Positions 11,700 to 25,073 are shown, counted from the whole stretch's first letter. The stretch is 63,613 nt of DNA, filler included, from Octopus bimaculoides (GCF_001194135.2; 6 parts of 6 records of this genome joined end to end with filler, not necessarily neighbours in it), one strand, 5' to 3'. Numbers and translations are program-made. Notes: generated from the sequence alone by a model not told the origin.

Positions 11700-11876
11700 C
11701 ACTCTCTCTCTCTCCCCCCCTCTCTCTCTCTCTCCCCCTCTCTCTCTCTCTCTCCCTCGCTCTCTTTCATAAGTTCGACCACTCTTCCGATTTTTTCGGT
11801 GTTATTCTCCTTTATCTCTTTTCTTTGTCTCGATGTTTTTTTTCGCCTCTTTTTTTTTTTTCTCTTTTTTATTTTT
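11700..11876. repeat. (CT)n / pyrimidine-rich tract before gap
   Basis: Directly visible. Confidence 0.9.
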
Positions 11877-12419
11877 NNNNNNNNNNNNNNNNNNNNNNNN
11901 NNNNNNNNNNNNNNNNNNNNNNNNNNNNNNNNNNNNNNNNNNNNNNNNNNNNNNNNNNNNNNNNNNNNNNNNNNNNNNNNNNNNNNNNNNNNNNNNNNNN
12001 NNNNNNNNNNNNNNNNNNNNNNNNNNNNNNNNNNNNNNNNNNNNNNNNNNNNNNNNNNNNNNNNNNNNNNNNNNNNNNNNNNNNNNNNNNNNNNNNNNNN
12101 NNNNNNNNNNNNNNNNNNNNNNNNNNNNNNNNNNNNNNNNNNNNNNNNNNNNNNNNNNNNNNNNNNNNNNNNNNNNNNNNNNNGCAAGTGTTTCTCATTT
12201 AAATACATGTGCTCCTTCATGCGTGTATGCGTGTTTATGCGCAAGATATTATACAAAAAAGGACAAAGAAAATATTCAATAGATGGCGCGAGGTTTTATG
12301 ATTTGGAAACTGAAAAACTTTCGTTTATCATCATTCCGAGTTTTATCTTTCCGACCTTTCGTTCGATGTAAGGAAACGGTAAATCGGAGCAATGCTTAGT
12401 GAAGCCTTCAAACACACAC

Positions 12420-13635
12420 ACGTGCGAGGGTTGTGCCGCATAATCATTTTATTAATTAATACAGGTCGTTCAAATTGCATATGTTAGAATAATTCTTCCT
12501 GAATAGAAAAATACTACTCAACAAATTCTCCATCACAGACGACGCATTCGCGCCATTGCCGAACTCAACTCCCGAGACCTCTTTGAAACTGTTGCACCCT
12601 CTTCACAATCATCTTCACCTCGTCTGTTTCATCAATTCGTTGTCTCTGAAGACGGTTCTTCATTGGACCTAACAAGTGGAAGTCGGACAGAACCGGATCC
12701 ATGATGAACCGTGGATAGGTGGGTGTTGGTGGGGACAATGATCATACCAATTTGCTGATTGCTTGATTTTTGATTGTTTTGATTGTTTTCATACCAATTT
12801 GCTTGATTGTTTTCCCGATTCATTTTCAACCTTTTCCTCTTAATGGCTTCTCTAAGACGTTTACAGAACATCAATGTTCTTGAAAATCAAAGAGGATGGC
12901 ACTCATGTCATCCTGAAAAACGACTTTCTGTGCTGATCGCTGGCTCTTGAACTTCCTACGTTTTGGAGAAGAGATGTGAGGCCATTCAGAAGATTCGGCT
13001 TTGTCTCCGAATTATAAAGGTATACTCACGTTTCATTTCTTGTCACCAGATCGGGAAATTAAGCGTCTTTATTGGCTTCAAGCGCATCCAACAGATCAGG
13101 GCAGACTTTCACTTTTTTCTCCTTCAAATCTGTTGTCAGCTGCCGAAGTACCACTTTGCATAGACTTTCCGATATCCGACATTTCCTACTATCTTCTGTA
13201 ATAAATTAGGATCGTAATCAGTTATGCAGCAAGCTCATGGATTGTGACTAGCTTGTCCGCGCAAATCATTTTGTCCACCCGTTCATGAATCGTATCAGTG
13301 GTAACAGCTGATGATCTTCCGACGTGTGGTTTGTTTTTAACGTTGGTTTCCTTCTCTTTAAACTTCTCCAATCATTTGTGCTTATTGCTTTTGCCAAAGG
13401 TGTTATCTCCATAAACATTATGTAACCAATACTGGATGTTAGAGAATGTACTTTATACCTTCATCAAAAGTCAATGACAGCTCGTTACTTCTGTTTGGAA
13501 CCCATTATTTGTCTGAAATTTAAAAGAAAAGGAGGAAGAGTTACTGTAGAGAAAGAGTTACTCTACTAGCATATGCACTTTGAATGGTCTATGTCACTTA
13601 ATAAAAAAGTTATGTCCATTTTAGCATTACTTTTG
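12420..13635 (-). mobile_element. mariner transposon (irritans-like), near full length, decayed
   Basis: Minus-strand peptides MGSKQK*RAVIDF, LHNVYGDNTFGKS, KPHVGRSSAVTTDTIHERVDKMICADKLVTIHELAA and DPVLSDFHLLGPMKNRL (decayed YSPDLAPSDFHL motif); many stops and frameshifts. Confidence 0.8.
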
Positions 13636-13689
13636 GTGTAAAAACGGAAGATCACTCAATGAAGCAGATTGTACATTTGAGGGAAAACT

Positions 13690-13920
13690 TAGTGGTTCTG
13701 TATAAATAGGAATAAGTACTGAGATCGGTTTCATCGACTGAAGTCTTCAAAACGTGAGTCCATCAAATCGATCCCGATGTTTATATTTTAAGCTTGGTGC
13801 TTGACCCATCAGTCTATCTTTTGACAAAGCACTATGTTTAGTAGTTATAAATAAACAAACCAAGGTCGGTTGCCAAGCGATAGAGAGGTGGGGCAAACTC
13901 AAACACATATAAGTACATAT
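13690..13920 (+). mobile_element. Degenerate SINE family A 3'-half-like sequence
   Basis: acttagtggttctgtataaataggaataagtactgagatcggtttcatcgact. Confidence 0.55.
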
Positions 13921-13974
13921 ACAAACAAACCTATTTATATAAATATATACATATATATACAAAACCTATATATA

Positions 13975-14074
13975 NNNNNNNNNNNNNNNNNNNNNNNNNN
14001 NNNNNNNNNNNNNNNNNNTTAATTAATTAANNNNNNNNNNNNNNNNNNNNNNNNNNNNNNNNNNNNNNNNNNNN
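13975..14074. other. Artificial scaffold-join linker (44 N + TTAATTAATTAA + 44 N)
   Basis: Exactly 100 bp with stop codons in all six frames; identical to four others in the window. Confidence 0.97.
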
Positions 14075-14324
14075 CTGTTACTTAAGTTCATATTAAAAAA
14101 ACCAAAGAATTACATTGTTCTGGTATAAAGTATCAGTAAGAACTGGAGGAAGCAGTAATGATATACCTTCAAGTATGTACAGATGGACACAGAAATTGCA
14201 GTATATATTTACAAATAGTTTGGTATCAATATGAAATGATTGTGTTTCAGCTGTTAACAAAAGAGGATGTATTATAGTTATAGACAAACATTACGCACAC
14301 ACACACGCACACACACATAATGTC

Positions 14325-14505
14325 ATCATCATCATCATCATCATCTTCATCATTTTCATCATCAGCATCAACATCATTTAATATGTTTTCCATGCTGACT
14401 TGGGTTAGATGGTTTGACAGGAGTTGGTATGTACCAAGATCCACTACTTGTTTTGGTATGGTTTTTACAGCTGGATGCCCTTCCTAACGCCAACGACTTT
14501 ACAGA
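14325..14505 (-). mobile_element. RTE 3'-derived repeat (family E) with (GAT)n tail
   Basis: tttacagctggatgcccttcctaacgccaac is shared with 30744-30920, 37935-38175 and 40700-41213. Confidence 0.75.
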
Positions 14506-14524
14506 ATGGATTGGCTGCTCTTCA

Positions 14525-15000
14525 CAGGGCATTCTGTTTCAAAAGCATATCACAAACAGAATACCAGTCCAAGCAATATTTTTTCTGAGAGTTTGTGAGA
14601 GACCCATACATTAATAGCAAGAAATGTATCCTAGCTTCACTAGGTGTTCATGAGCCATACTTTTAGAAACTTCCAGCTCCTCTGCAAGTTCTCTAGTTGT
14701 GATATTTGAGTTTTCTTTGATTTTTGCCTTCAAAACATCTTCATCCAATTTTGAAGGTTTTCCACTGTGACTGTCATCTTTCAAGCTAAACTCTCCAGCT
14801 TTAGATTTTGTAAACCACTTTCAAATAGTTGATTCACCTACAGCATCATCACCGTAAACTTTACAGATGTTTTTAAAAGTCTTTGCAGCATTTTCTCCTT
14901 TTCTGAAAATGAAAAACATTACGTGAATATGAAATTTTTGGTTATCCATTTCAAGTGTCAATAAAGGGTAGCTGGAATGAAAGATAAATCTACTTTTAAT
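14525..15000 (-). mobile_element. mariner transposase N-terminal fragment (mellifera/Hsmar1-like)
   Basis: MDNQKFHIHVMFFIFRKGENAAKTFKNICKVYGDDAVGESTI*KWFTKSKAGEFSLKDDSHSGKPSKLDEDVLKAKIKENSNITTRELAEEL, then a decayed VWVSHKLSEK (WVPHEL motif). Confidence 0.85.
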
Positions 15001-15027
15001 CAGGAACAAAGAAGAGATACACTATCA

Positions 15028-15068
<41 letters not shown>

Positions 15069-15798
15069 NNNNNNNNNNNNNNNNNNNNNNNNNNNNNNNN
15101 NNNNNNNNNNNNNNNNNNNNNNNNNNNNNNNNNNNNNNNNNNNNNNNNNNNNNNNNNNNNNNNNNNNNNNNNNNNNNNNNNNNNNNNNNNNNNNNNNNNN
15201 NNNNNNNNNNNNNNNNNNNNNNNNNNNNNNNNNNNNNNNNNNNNNNNNNNNNNNNNNNNNNNNNNNNNNNNNNNNNNNNNNNNNNNNNNNNNNNNNNNNN
15301 NNNNNNNNNNNNNNNNNNNNNNNNNNNNNNNNNNNNNNNNNNNNNNNNNNNNNNNNNNNNNNNNNNNNNNNNNNNNNNNNNNNNNNNNNNNNNNNNNNNN
15401 NNNNNNNNNNNNNNNNNNNNNNNNNNNNNNNNNNNNNNNNNNNNNNNNNNNNNNNNNNNNNNNNNNNNNNNNNNNNNNNNNNNNNNNNNNNNNNNNNNNN
15501 NNNNNNNNNNNNNNNNNNNNNNNNNNNNNNNNNNNNNNNNNNNNNNNNNNNNNNNNNNNNNNNNNNNNNNNNNNNNNNNNNNNNNNNNNNNNNNNNNNNN
15601 NNNNNNNNNNNNNNNNNNNNNNNNNNNNNNNNNNNNNNNNNNNNNNNNNNNNNNNNNNNNNNNNNNNNNNNNNNNNNNNNNNNNNNNNNNNNNNNNNNNN
15701 NNNNNNNNNNNNNNNNNNNNNNNNNNNNNNNNNNNNNNNNNNNNNNNNNNNNNNNNNNNNNNNNNNNNNNNNNNNNNNNNNNNNNNNNNNNNNNNNNN

Positions 15799-15848
<50 letters not shown>

Positions 15849-16689
15849 TGTATGTATGTATGTATGTATGTATGTGTTTTCGTATAATTGTGTGTGCATG
15901 AGTGTGTGTCTCCTTGCCTTGGCAAACAGAACTGTCAAGCAGGCAATGTTTGTTATGAATATAGTAAATGAAAGACAGGGGATGGAATATACAATAATTT
16001 TTCTTATTAATCACAACAATTGTTTTGACACATCTAGTATTGACCCCCTCATGGGTGGGACACTTAGTAACTGGTTCAGGAGCATACAGCAGTGCAGATG
16101 TGTCTCATTGGGTGATAAAACAAATACAAATCATTAAAATAACAGTTCTGCAATGTATCTTCTCATTTCATAGAAAGAAAAGCAGCAAAACGAAGGAAAT
16201 GGCTTCATTTATTCATTTATATAGAGGATCAATAATAAAATCACAGATGTAAAAAAAGAAATGAACATGCAATACAGCAAGAAAAGTATTAAAAATAACC
16301 ATTAACAGATATGCATGTACAAACATCCTCGCGCAAGTTGCATGGTGCAGAGGATCGGGCGAGGTAGGTGAGCTGGGAGTTCAGGTGCAGGCTAAATGAG
16401 TGGGAGAGAGGGGAGGTGAAGGGAAAATTATGACTCTATACAATCCTTATCGTTTTCTCTTGTATTGTACTATGTATTCTATGTTTTGTAGAATGATACA
16501 TTAAGGAGCTTTTTTTATGAGTACTACCAGATTACTTGAATCCATATATTGTGACTTAAACTTATATATATATATATATCATGGTATCAACCAGACTATC
16601 AGATATTGCTGTGCCCTGCTGATCACAATGCTCTTTGCATTGATTTTGCTTTTGAATGCTGCAAACTGGCAATGTAGGCAGGCCAACAT

Positions 16690-16866
16690 TCCCTCTGAAC
16701 AGAACACCAGTCCATTGCAGGGTTACTCAGTTATAGGTGAGTGAATGGGAGAAGTGTGAAATAAAATGTTTTGCTCAAGAATGCACTGTACAGCCAGTCT
16801 GAGAATTGAAACCATGACCTTGCAACCATGAGTGCAATACCCTAACCACTTGTCCATGGAACTTCA
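16690..16866 (-). mobile_element. SINE family C
   Basis: Reverse complement gtgaagttccatggacaagtggttagggtattgcactc...ttcttgagcaaaacattttatttcac. Confidence 0.75.
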
Positions 16867-16986
16867 CACACAAATATATATATGCAAACGTGTGTGTGTG
16901 TGTGTGTGTGCGTTTGTGTGTGTGTGATTGTGTGTGTTTGTGTCTGTGTGTGTTTGTGTGTGTTTGTGTGTGTGTGTGTACGAGCA

Positions 16987-17019
<33 letters not shown>

Positions 17020-17559
17020 ACCCCTTTAAGTTGGGAAGTGGGAGAATATACAAATCTAATAACATACACTCTTTGTCTTTATATTTATGTTATTCGATGT
17101 GGTTGAAGTTATTGTAAATGTTCTATGAATAACAATTTAGAAATGATAATAATGTAGTAACCACTAAATATTGAAATTAAGATGTAGATTCAGTTGTAGA
17201 TCTTAATGCATCATCAAAGAACCCACCCACATAATAAATAAACCAGTAAAAAAAAAACTATGTTTTGTTGATATCGTCCTCTCATTTTATTACATCATAA
17301 GAAGAAATAATTGACCTAATATTTGCCACTCACAAAAAAATAATTGACTGAAAGGAAGTTACACTATGTGCATTTAAACAACTCACACACAGACAACACA
17401 TACACACATGTATGTGTGTGTGTGTGTGTGTGTGAGTGTGTGTATGTATGTATGTATGTATGTATAAGTGTCAGTGTGTGTGTGTGTGTGTGGCAAGATT
17501 TTACTTCTAATATTTTTAACTATTAGGAGTATACGAGTACATATATGGCTCATACGGAC

Positions 17560-17760
17560 AGGCAAGGCTGTGTGCTTAAAAAGTTCACTTTGGTTTTGTG
17601 TTCAGTTCCACGGCAAGGTACGATGGCAGTATGGATAAGAAGTTCATGTTGCAACCTCGTAGTTTCAGGTTCAATCACACTCCATGAGACATTGGGTAAG
17701 GACCAACTGAAGCCTTGCAAATAGATTTGGTGGAAGGAAACTGAAAGAAACCTGTACACA
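17560..17760 (+). mobile_element. Degenerate SINE family A, 5' half
   Basis: aagccttgcaaatagatttggtggaaggaaactgaaagaaacc. Confidence 0.65.
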
Positions 17761-17837
17761 CACACACATACACACATATCTATATTCATACTTGTTTTTT
17801 TGTTCAGTTATAATACACATATTATATATATATATAG

Positions 17838-17894
<57 letters not shown>

Positions 17895-17909
17895 TAGAAG
17901 AAATACACA

Positions 17910-17953
<44 letters not shown>

Positions 17954-19249
17954 TCAGAGGACCATGTTTGCTCTCATATCTCAATTTTGACTTGGTTTCT
18001 ATGGCTGGTTTCTCCTCATAATGTCAACCAATTTACAGAGTATACTGAATGCATTGTTTTTTGTTTGTTTTGCATGGCAGCAACACCATAGAGATTGTCT
18101 TCCTCTCAGCAAGACTAAAGAACCCTCTCAACTTTGTCTCTATGCTTCACCAACCACTTTATACAGTGTAATGGGTACTTTTATTGTGCAACCAACACTG
18201 ATGAGGTTGCCTTGTAACTTCACTTAGTGAAAGAGCCTCCACTACTGAAAGACAGAACGGGAAAGAAAGAGCATGACGAATTTTAGTTGTGATGATGGGA
18301 GAAGCTTCAGTATACTGGGCCGAACAGATTTATTGTTGTGAAAGGCTTGTGTTGGGAGAAAGCACAGTATGATGGGAGGAATGGATTTATTGTTGTGAGA
18401 GCATGGTTAGTGGAGAGATTACGAGAGGGTGATGAGGACGAGGAGTCTGAGCATATTCTAAAAGTAAATGCCTATAAAGATGAATACAAGAAAGCAGGAA
18501 GAGTCACCAAAGTTTGCATAAATGCAATTCAATCCTTTTCCCATTCAAGCATCATGAAGAACAGAGGAAGGAAGGGAAGTAGGATTTGGGTGGTGGAGGT
18601 AGAAATGCATAGACTGGGTGAGATAGTATGGGAGATGAGAAAGTGTAAAGCATAGAGGGAGCAGGGAAATTTGATATGCATAGATTAAATACTTCACTCT
18701 CAATTACGAGGGACTTGGTTTAATGAATATAAGGGATGATATGGAGATGAAAGGGTATAGGATAGGCACAGTGGAGATGAAAAGATATGGTGAGTAGGCA
18801 TAATGGTTGAGACTAGGCAGTAGGCATCAGCAAAGAGCATGTACATGATTGTATCATTTTAGCAAGAATTTTAGTAAGTTGGTGCAAGAGGTTGGGACAT
18901 TTGTGGCATCACATATCACCAGTCGATATGATTCTCTATTATCTTCTTCATTAGACATAGAGCCTCATTTGATGTAGTATCTTATACCAAGTCTTCCTTG
19001 GACTCTTTCTTTCACAGGCACCATTTACTTTAAGTGCTTGGCACTTACATATGTAGCTGCCATCTTCCATTTTCATCACACCCCCAAGGCCAGTGCAGTT
19101 TCTGCTCTTGCACAATGATTTATCTAATATTCTGTTTGCTTCTCAGTTCATATATATCTTTTCATGTGTGTGTGTGTGTGTGCTTGCATGTGCCACATAA
19201 AAAGCACCCATGTCAGTGCCGCATAAAAGTGCATGTGCCAATGTCACAT

Positions 19250-19406
19250 ATAAAACACCCAGCATGGTCTATAAAGTGGTTGGTATTAGGAAGAGCATCC
19301 AGCCATAGAAACCAGGCCAAATCAGACTGGAACCTGGTGCAGCTTCCCAGCTCACCAGCTCTGGTCAAACCATCTGACCCGTGTCAGAGTGGAAAACAGA
19401 CGTTAA

Positions 19407-19467
<61 letters not shown>
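19250..19467 (+). mobile_element. Family E (RTE 3' end) with expanded (GAT)n tail
   Basis: gtggttggtattaggaagagcatccagcc...ggaaaacagacgttaaatgatgatg. Confidence 0.8.
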
Positions 19468-19468
<1 letters not shown>

Positions 19469-19474
19469 ATATAT

Positions 19475-19740
19475 CGCCTAGTGGTTAGGGTGTTGCACTC
19501 ATGATCGCAAGATCATGGTTTCAATTCCCAGGCTTGGTGGTGAGCTGTGTTCTTGAGCAAAACACTTCATCTCATGTTGCAATCACACCTGATATGAGAT
19601 ATACTGTGCAGCGTTCATTTGATGGAGGGAGTGAAGTAACGTACAGCACATGTATTTGGTCACTATAAACAAACCATTTGTGCAGATCATTCAGCAAAAA
19701 CTGAACACTCATTCATTGTCTTTGATGAGAGATTCCATCA
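19475..19740 (+). mobile_element. SINE family C
   Basis: cctagtggttagggtgttgcactc...ggtttcaattccc...tgtgttcttgagcaaaacacttcatctc. Confidence 0.75.
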
Positions 19741-20825
19741 TGTGTGTGTGTGTGTGTGTGTGTGTTGTTTAAATCCAGATTATGAACAGACCTATAACCA
19801 AGTCATTCAAATTATGATCATGTCATCTTTTTTGTAGTGTGCATCTAGGATTATTTTATATATGCCCTTCTTTTTTATATATATTTTTCTAATTTGATGA
19901 AGAGCTGGCTGTTATTTCTTGCAAGTTGTAGGATGCTTTCGAGGCTGCTTGTCTGCCAATGCCTTGAGTTTAAACTGATGGCTGCAGTAGAGCCAAGACG
20001 AAACTCAAAATCACACAGTCTGGAGTTCAAACATTATTACTTCAGCAATCGTGTAAATTAAAACCAGCAAAACAGAAATATAAACCAAGGCAGTGTATTT
20101 ATACCATGAGAGAAAGGAAGAGGTGTCAAATTTTTAAGCAAAAAACCTTTAGTCAAGATAAAGAATAAGACAAAAATATTTTAAAAGCTTTTTGTACATT
20201 ATTGAACAAACATGGTTTGCCAAGCTGGATTATTTTTGCAGATGCATTGCCATAGCTAGATTCCTCAAATTCTGGATTGACTATAATGTAACACTGCTTA
20301 GCTCAATTTGTCTAACATACAAAGCATTCCACTGCTTATTTCATGGTTCAGTGATTAGCAGTAAGAAGAGACAACAAGATGGTGGAGCAGGGAGTTCACT
20401 CAGTTACAAAAGTAATTGAGTCCAACAAATCATCATTTCACACAAGCAAAAATGGATGTAAAAAAAATAGACGAAACAAACAGAAAGAGTGTAAAACAAC
20501 AGCAACAATCAGTATAATAGCCATAAATTATGTAAAATAAAATAAAATTGAATTTTTAAAAAATCCTACATTGCTGTCACTCTTACCAACAACCATGTGA
20601 GAAGTTGTCCCTGGAGGATTGTAAATATCTTGTTTTAGCAATGGTTGATAAGTTTAAAATATGATTAAAATATAAAAAAAAAACATGTAAAATATCATTA
20701 AGTTAGTTGTGGTTCTATTATTAGTGATGTGAGCAACTGAAACAGATAATATTAATGATATATTAGCTGATTTTTTTTAAAATCAGAAACTAGTTAAACA
20801 GTTCACCTTTTCTTGTTTGAGTTTC

Positions 20826-20869
<44 letters not shown>

Positions 20870-21093
20870 TTTCTCGGCCTGTCTTTCTATTTTGATTGAT
20901 CCCAATGTTGGAAAACGGTGTAAGCCTAAATGGATAATTAATCTCAATCTACTTCACATGTTTTATTTATTTATTATCAACAGTGGATTTGTTTGTTAAT
21001 CTGGTGCTGTACAGTATTAATCAATGAAACTGTCATGAATGCAAAACAGTGCACATGGTATTTGTTATATATAATAGAATGTAATAAATGGCA

Positions 21094-21131
<38 letters not shown>

Positions 21132-21134
21132 GCA

Positions 21135-21310
21135 GGGAGAATTCACAAAAAAACAAAAGACGAAGACAGGTGGTGTAGACAACAAACAGATGTATTAGTT
21201 TAATGCTCGGGAAGTGAAAAAGTCTTTAAGGTTTCGAGCCTATGCTCTTCCACAGAAAGGAACACAGAAAGAAACAAGGAGAGAAAATAAAGAATGTGTA
21301 ATGGCTAGCA
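21135..21310 (-). mobile_element. PLE-type terminal repeat with degenerate hammerhead (21223-21259)
   Basis: Minus strand CUUU-CUGUGGA-A-GAGC-AUAG-GCUC-GAAA-CC-UU-AAAG; stems I and II pair but the catalytic core deviates from CUGANGA. Confidence 0.55.
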
Positions 21311-21749
21311 TGTGTGAGTGTGTGTGTATACATATATACATACACACACACACATACATATCAGTGCATAATGCAGTCCTCCAACTGATAAGACGCAATC
21401 AAACTGTCCAACACATGCCAACAAAGAAGTCAGACATTAAATGATGACAATGATGGTATGTAAGCACACATACACAAACATGTGTGTGAGTATCTTTCTT
21501 TCCCCTTATCTTTCTTTCTCTCTCTTTCTCTCTCTCACTTTCTCCTCTCCCTCTCTCTTTCTCCACCCTCTCCCTCTCTCTTTCTCCACCCTCTCCCTCT
21601 CTCTTTCTCCACCCTCTCTCTTTTCCAACTGGGGTAACTATGTAATCCTCTACTGCAAGACATCTGTGTCTATCTTTCTGCTATACTTTAATCTCTCTCT
21701 CCAACTGACACAAAGTCACCTCTTTCAATACTACTCTTCCACATACCCA

Positions 21750-21890
21750 TAACTTAGCGGTTTGGCAAAAGAGACCGATAGAATAAGTACTAGGCTTACA
21801 AAGAATAAGTCCTGGGGTCGATTTGCTCGACTAAAGGCAGTGCTCCAGCATGGCCACAGTCAAATGACTGAAACAAGTAAAAGAGTATAT
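21750..21890 (+). mobile_element. SINE family A, 3' part
   Basis: aacttagcggtttggcaaaagagaccgatagaataagtactaggcttac...aaacaagtaaaagag. Confidence 0.85.
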
Positions 21891-22293
21891 AATTAAGTCA
21901 ATATGAAACATTAAATGATAAATAGCTTCATACATATAATAGAGTTAACTACTGGTTATTTCTCTCTCCCGCTCACTGCTTTTATCAATCTAATCTACCT
22001 CCCTTTCTTCATAAATACTCTCTTTCTTTTTCAGCACAGTCACTGCTTTCTTCTTCCAGCATGACAGAAAGAGATAGATGGATAGATAGACAGACCAAAA
22101 TGTGAATCCAAACCTACGCTTGGTTACAAGAGGATTGTCCAAAAATTTAATTGATGCCACAGATGAGGGAATGTCCAGCAGATATTTATCTTGTAACTAA
22201 ACAGGATATAGGATACTAATCAGTCCACTCAATTGAAACATCATTGGACAGTGATAATTATTTAGTTTCACTTCCCATTCACTAACAAGAGGT

Positions 22294-22707
22294 TCTTTTA
22301 TTCTTTTATTCTTTTACTTGTTTCAGTCATTTGACTGTGGTCATGCTGGAGCACCACTTTTAGTCAGACAAATCAACCCCAGGACTTATTCTTTGTAAGC
22401 CTAATAGTTATTCTATCGGTCCTTTTTACGGAATAGCTAGGTTATGTGGACATAAACACACCCACATCAGTTGTCAAGCGATATTGGGGGACAAACTCAG
22501 ACACACAAAAACACATACACACACAAACACACACACACATATATATGACGGGCTTCTTTCATTTTCCATCTACCAAACCCACTCACAAGGTTTTGGTCAA
22601 CCCAAGGCTATAGTAGAAGACACCTGCCTAAAGTGCTGCACAGAGTGATTGAACCCGGTACCATGTGGTTGGTAAGCAAGCTACTTACCACACAGCCACT
22701 CCTGCAC
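22294..22707 (-). mobile_element. SINE family A, full-length, CpG-decayed
   Basis: Colinear with 10978-11381. Confidence 0.9.
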
Positions 22708-22769
22708 GTATAGCAGCTTTCTTTACATCATTTCCTCCCCTTTCACTAACAGTTTCCTTTCCTTTAATT

Positions 22770-23490
22770 TTTAGCTTATCATTTTTATGTTTAAATACCA
22801 CTGGGGTCAACATAACATTTTATCCTTTAGGGAGTGAATAAAATAAGTACTAGCTAAGTACCATGGGTCAATATAATCAGTTGTATCTATCACTAAAAAT
22901 TTAGGCTCTTGACTTTTATGTCAGAGATTACTGAAAAAAATTGCTTTGTAGTATTTTTCCAGCTCTTTAAATTTTGAGCTCAAATCCTGCTGAAGTCAAC
23001 TTTGCTTTTCATCCCTTTGGGAATTCCAAAGTATCAGATACAATAAAGTATCAGTCAAGTACCAGGATTGATGTAATTGACTAACCTCTTCCTCTCTAAG
23101 TAGCTGACCTTGTAATATAAATCAGGAATCATCATCATCATCATCATCCTCATCACCATCATCATAATATTAATAATAATGGTAATAATAATGATGATGA
23201 TGATGATAATTATTTTTGTTACTATTGTTGTTGTCATTTTCTTGTTCTTGTTACCATTATTATTAAAAGAGAAAAAGAAAAAAAACAAAAACAGATGATA
23301 TTGACTTCAAATTTTGGCACAAGGCCAGCAATTTTGGGGGAGAGGTAAGCCAATTACATTGACCCCAGTGCTCAACTGGTACTTATTTTATTAACCCCTG
23401 AAAGGATGGAAGGCAAATCAACTTTTGCAGAATTTGAACTCAGAATGTAAAAGCATTTTGCCCAGTGCACTAATGATTCTTTCTGCTTTA
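22770..23490. mobile_element. Degenerate SINE family B copies in both orientations with trinucleotide tracts
   Basis: gagctcaaatcctgctgaagtcaactttgcttttcatccc (+) and aaaggatggaaggcaaatcaacttttgcagaatttgaactcag (-). Confidence 0.7.
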
Positions 23491-25073
23491 ATGTTTTATA
23501 ATTATTACCAGCAAAATATTAGCTCTTAATCCACAATACTTATTACAAAAACAAATAATATTAAGCACACATACTTTCTAATTGCAGGAGAGGAAAAAAA
23601 TTGAAATATTAAAAAAAAAAAAAAGTCATGTTTGACAATATTCTCACACATACTCAAACACATTGTCTAGCAAAAGTGTTTTGAATGCAGGTCCCATAGT
23701 TTGCAAGAAAACTTTTTAAAAAAGGAGTCTTGATATAAAACATTCACTGAAAGAACAACTGCATGGCAACATTGTATCCATAAAACAAGTACCTCTCTTC
23801 CAGAAGCTATTACCTAGGCATGGGGGAAAAGAAAAGTAACTTACTTATACTTGTGCCCTACAAAGAGTAACTAGACATCAGCCCCATAGATACATGGAGC
23901 AAAATCTCCTTTATAGGGAGAGGGAAGACACAACAAACATTGTTTTCAAAACTGAGGACAGGACAACAGCACAAACTAAGTGTATGTGATCTTTGCCTGT
24001 AAACTGGTCCCCAGTATTTAAGCTGCAGAAACATTGTAGTCACCATCAAGGACGTTTTGATGACAATATTTGGCTCATAGTTATTTTCATGGTGCAATAC
24101 AAGCAGGCGGTCAGCATCAACATGACTTTGGTAGCATGTGGTTAGGTTTGGGTGGGGTTTATCATGAACATCCAAGTTCTCATGATTCTACAAAAACACA
24201 AACGATCCCATAGTTGTACCTGGAAGCAGGTGCTGAAAGAAGGATTATAAGACAGATCATTTAGAGCAGATATCCATGTGGTTGTAAAATTCATTCAAAG
24301 GCTATCTTTCCAAAAGAACTAAACAGAAGACAGCAATAACAGCAGTAGTTACAGGACTTCTGCTCCTAAAACAACACCAGTGCACATCCAGAGACATCAC
24401 TTCATTCTCATTTTCAAGAATTAACCAAGAAGCGAAGGGATTTCTTCCCTGGCCATAATCAGTAATGAGAGTGAGGAAGAGGTGGAAGGAAGGAATGGCC
24501 AACAACAGCAATAGTAACTATAGATTCCAGAAGTGGATGACATATCAGCCTGCAACTCACAGTAGTTTCATTCCATCCATATGTGACAATGAGGCTAAAG
24601 GTGGTTGGCAGCTTTTTGTGTGAGATAAAAAATAAAAGTGAGAAAATGCTCCTCAAAAATTCAAAAGGTAATTAAGAAATATTATAAGGAGCCTATGTTC
24701 AGTGATAATGAATCCATATCCTCTCTCAAAAAAATGAAGTTCACAGCCCTTTGCACAGTCAACAAAGAGTTAATGTGAAAATTGAACTGAGTTTTAAGGA
24801 TGAATGTTTTCAGTTGCACAATGGAAATCACAAAAGGAATAAATGTTGAAAAAACATTACTTTGAATGACAAAAATGTATTAGCTGTACAAATAGCAATG
24901 ATTGTCATTAACATCAATATTATCACCACCACCATGACGACAGTTTTATCTTCTGCACCTGTTGTAGGTCATAAGGAGCTTCTTGATATGAACCAACACA
25001 AGAAAAAGAGAAGGTATCCAATGCAATGAGAAAAAAAGTAGTGCACCTTTGCCTGTGGAAAACTTTTACTCAG

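Noticed and set aside
14019-14030. TTAATTAATTAA as a possible biological motif (PacI-like or piggyBac TTAA)
   Set aside because: Always centred in exactly 44+44 N, so it is an assembly linker
14977-16137. Long ORFs in the track (386, 329 and 312 aa here; also 42753-44048, 11663-12371, 50349-51017, 51547-52346)
   Set aside because: They are open only because N gaps translate as X; the flanks are microsatellite-derived. The one real peptide (43476-43795) is an RTE fragment.
17960-19030. Purine-skewed ~1-kb unique-looking stretch including ORF 18338-18655
   Set aside because: No recognisable motif in any frame I translated; probably an old LINE remnant but I cannot assign it
20241-20350. IAIARFLKFWIDYN faintly resembling a RasGEF REM helix, after a ttttgcag acceptor
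   Set aside because: The similarity is too short and there is no good donor site
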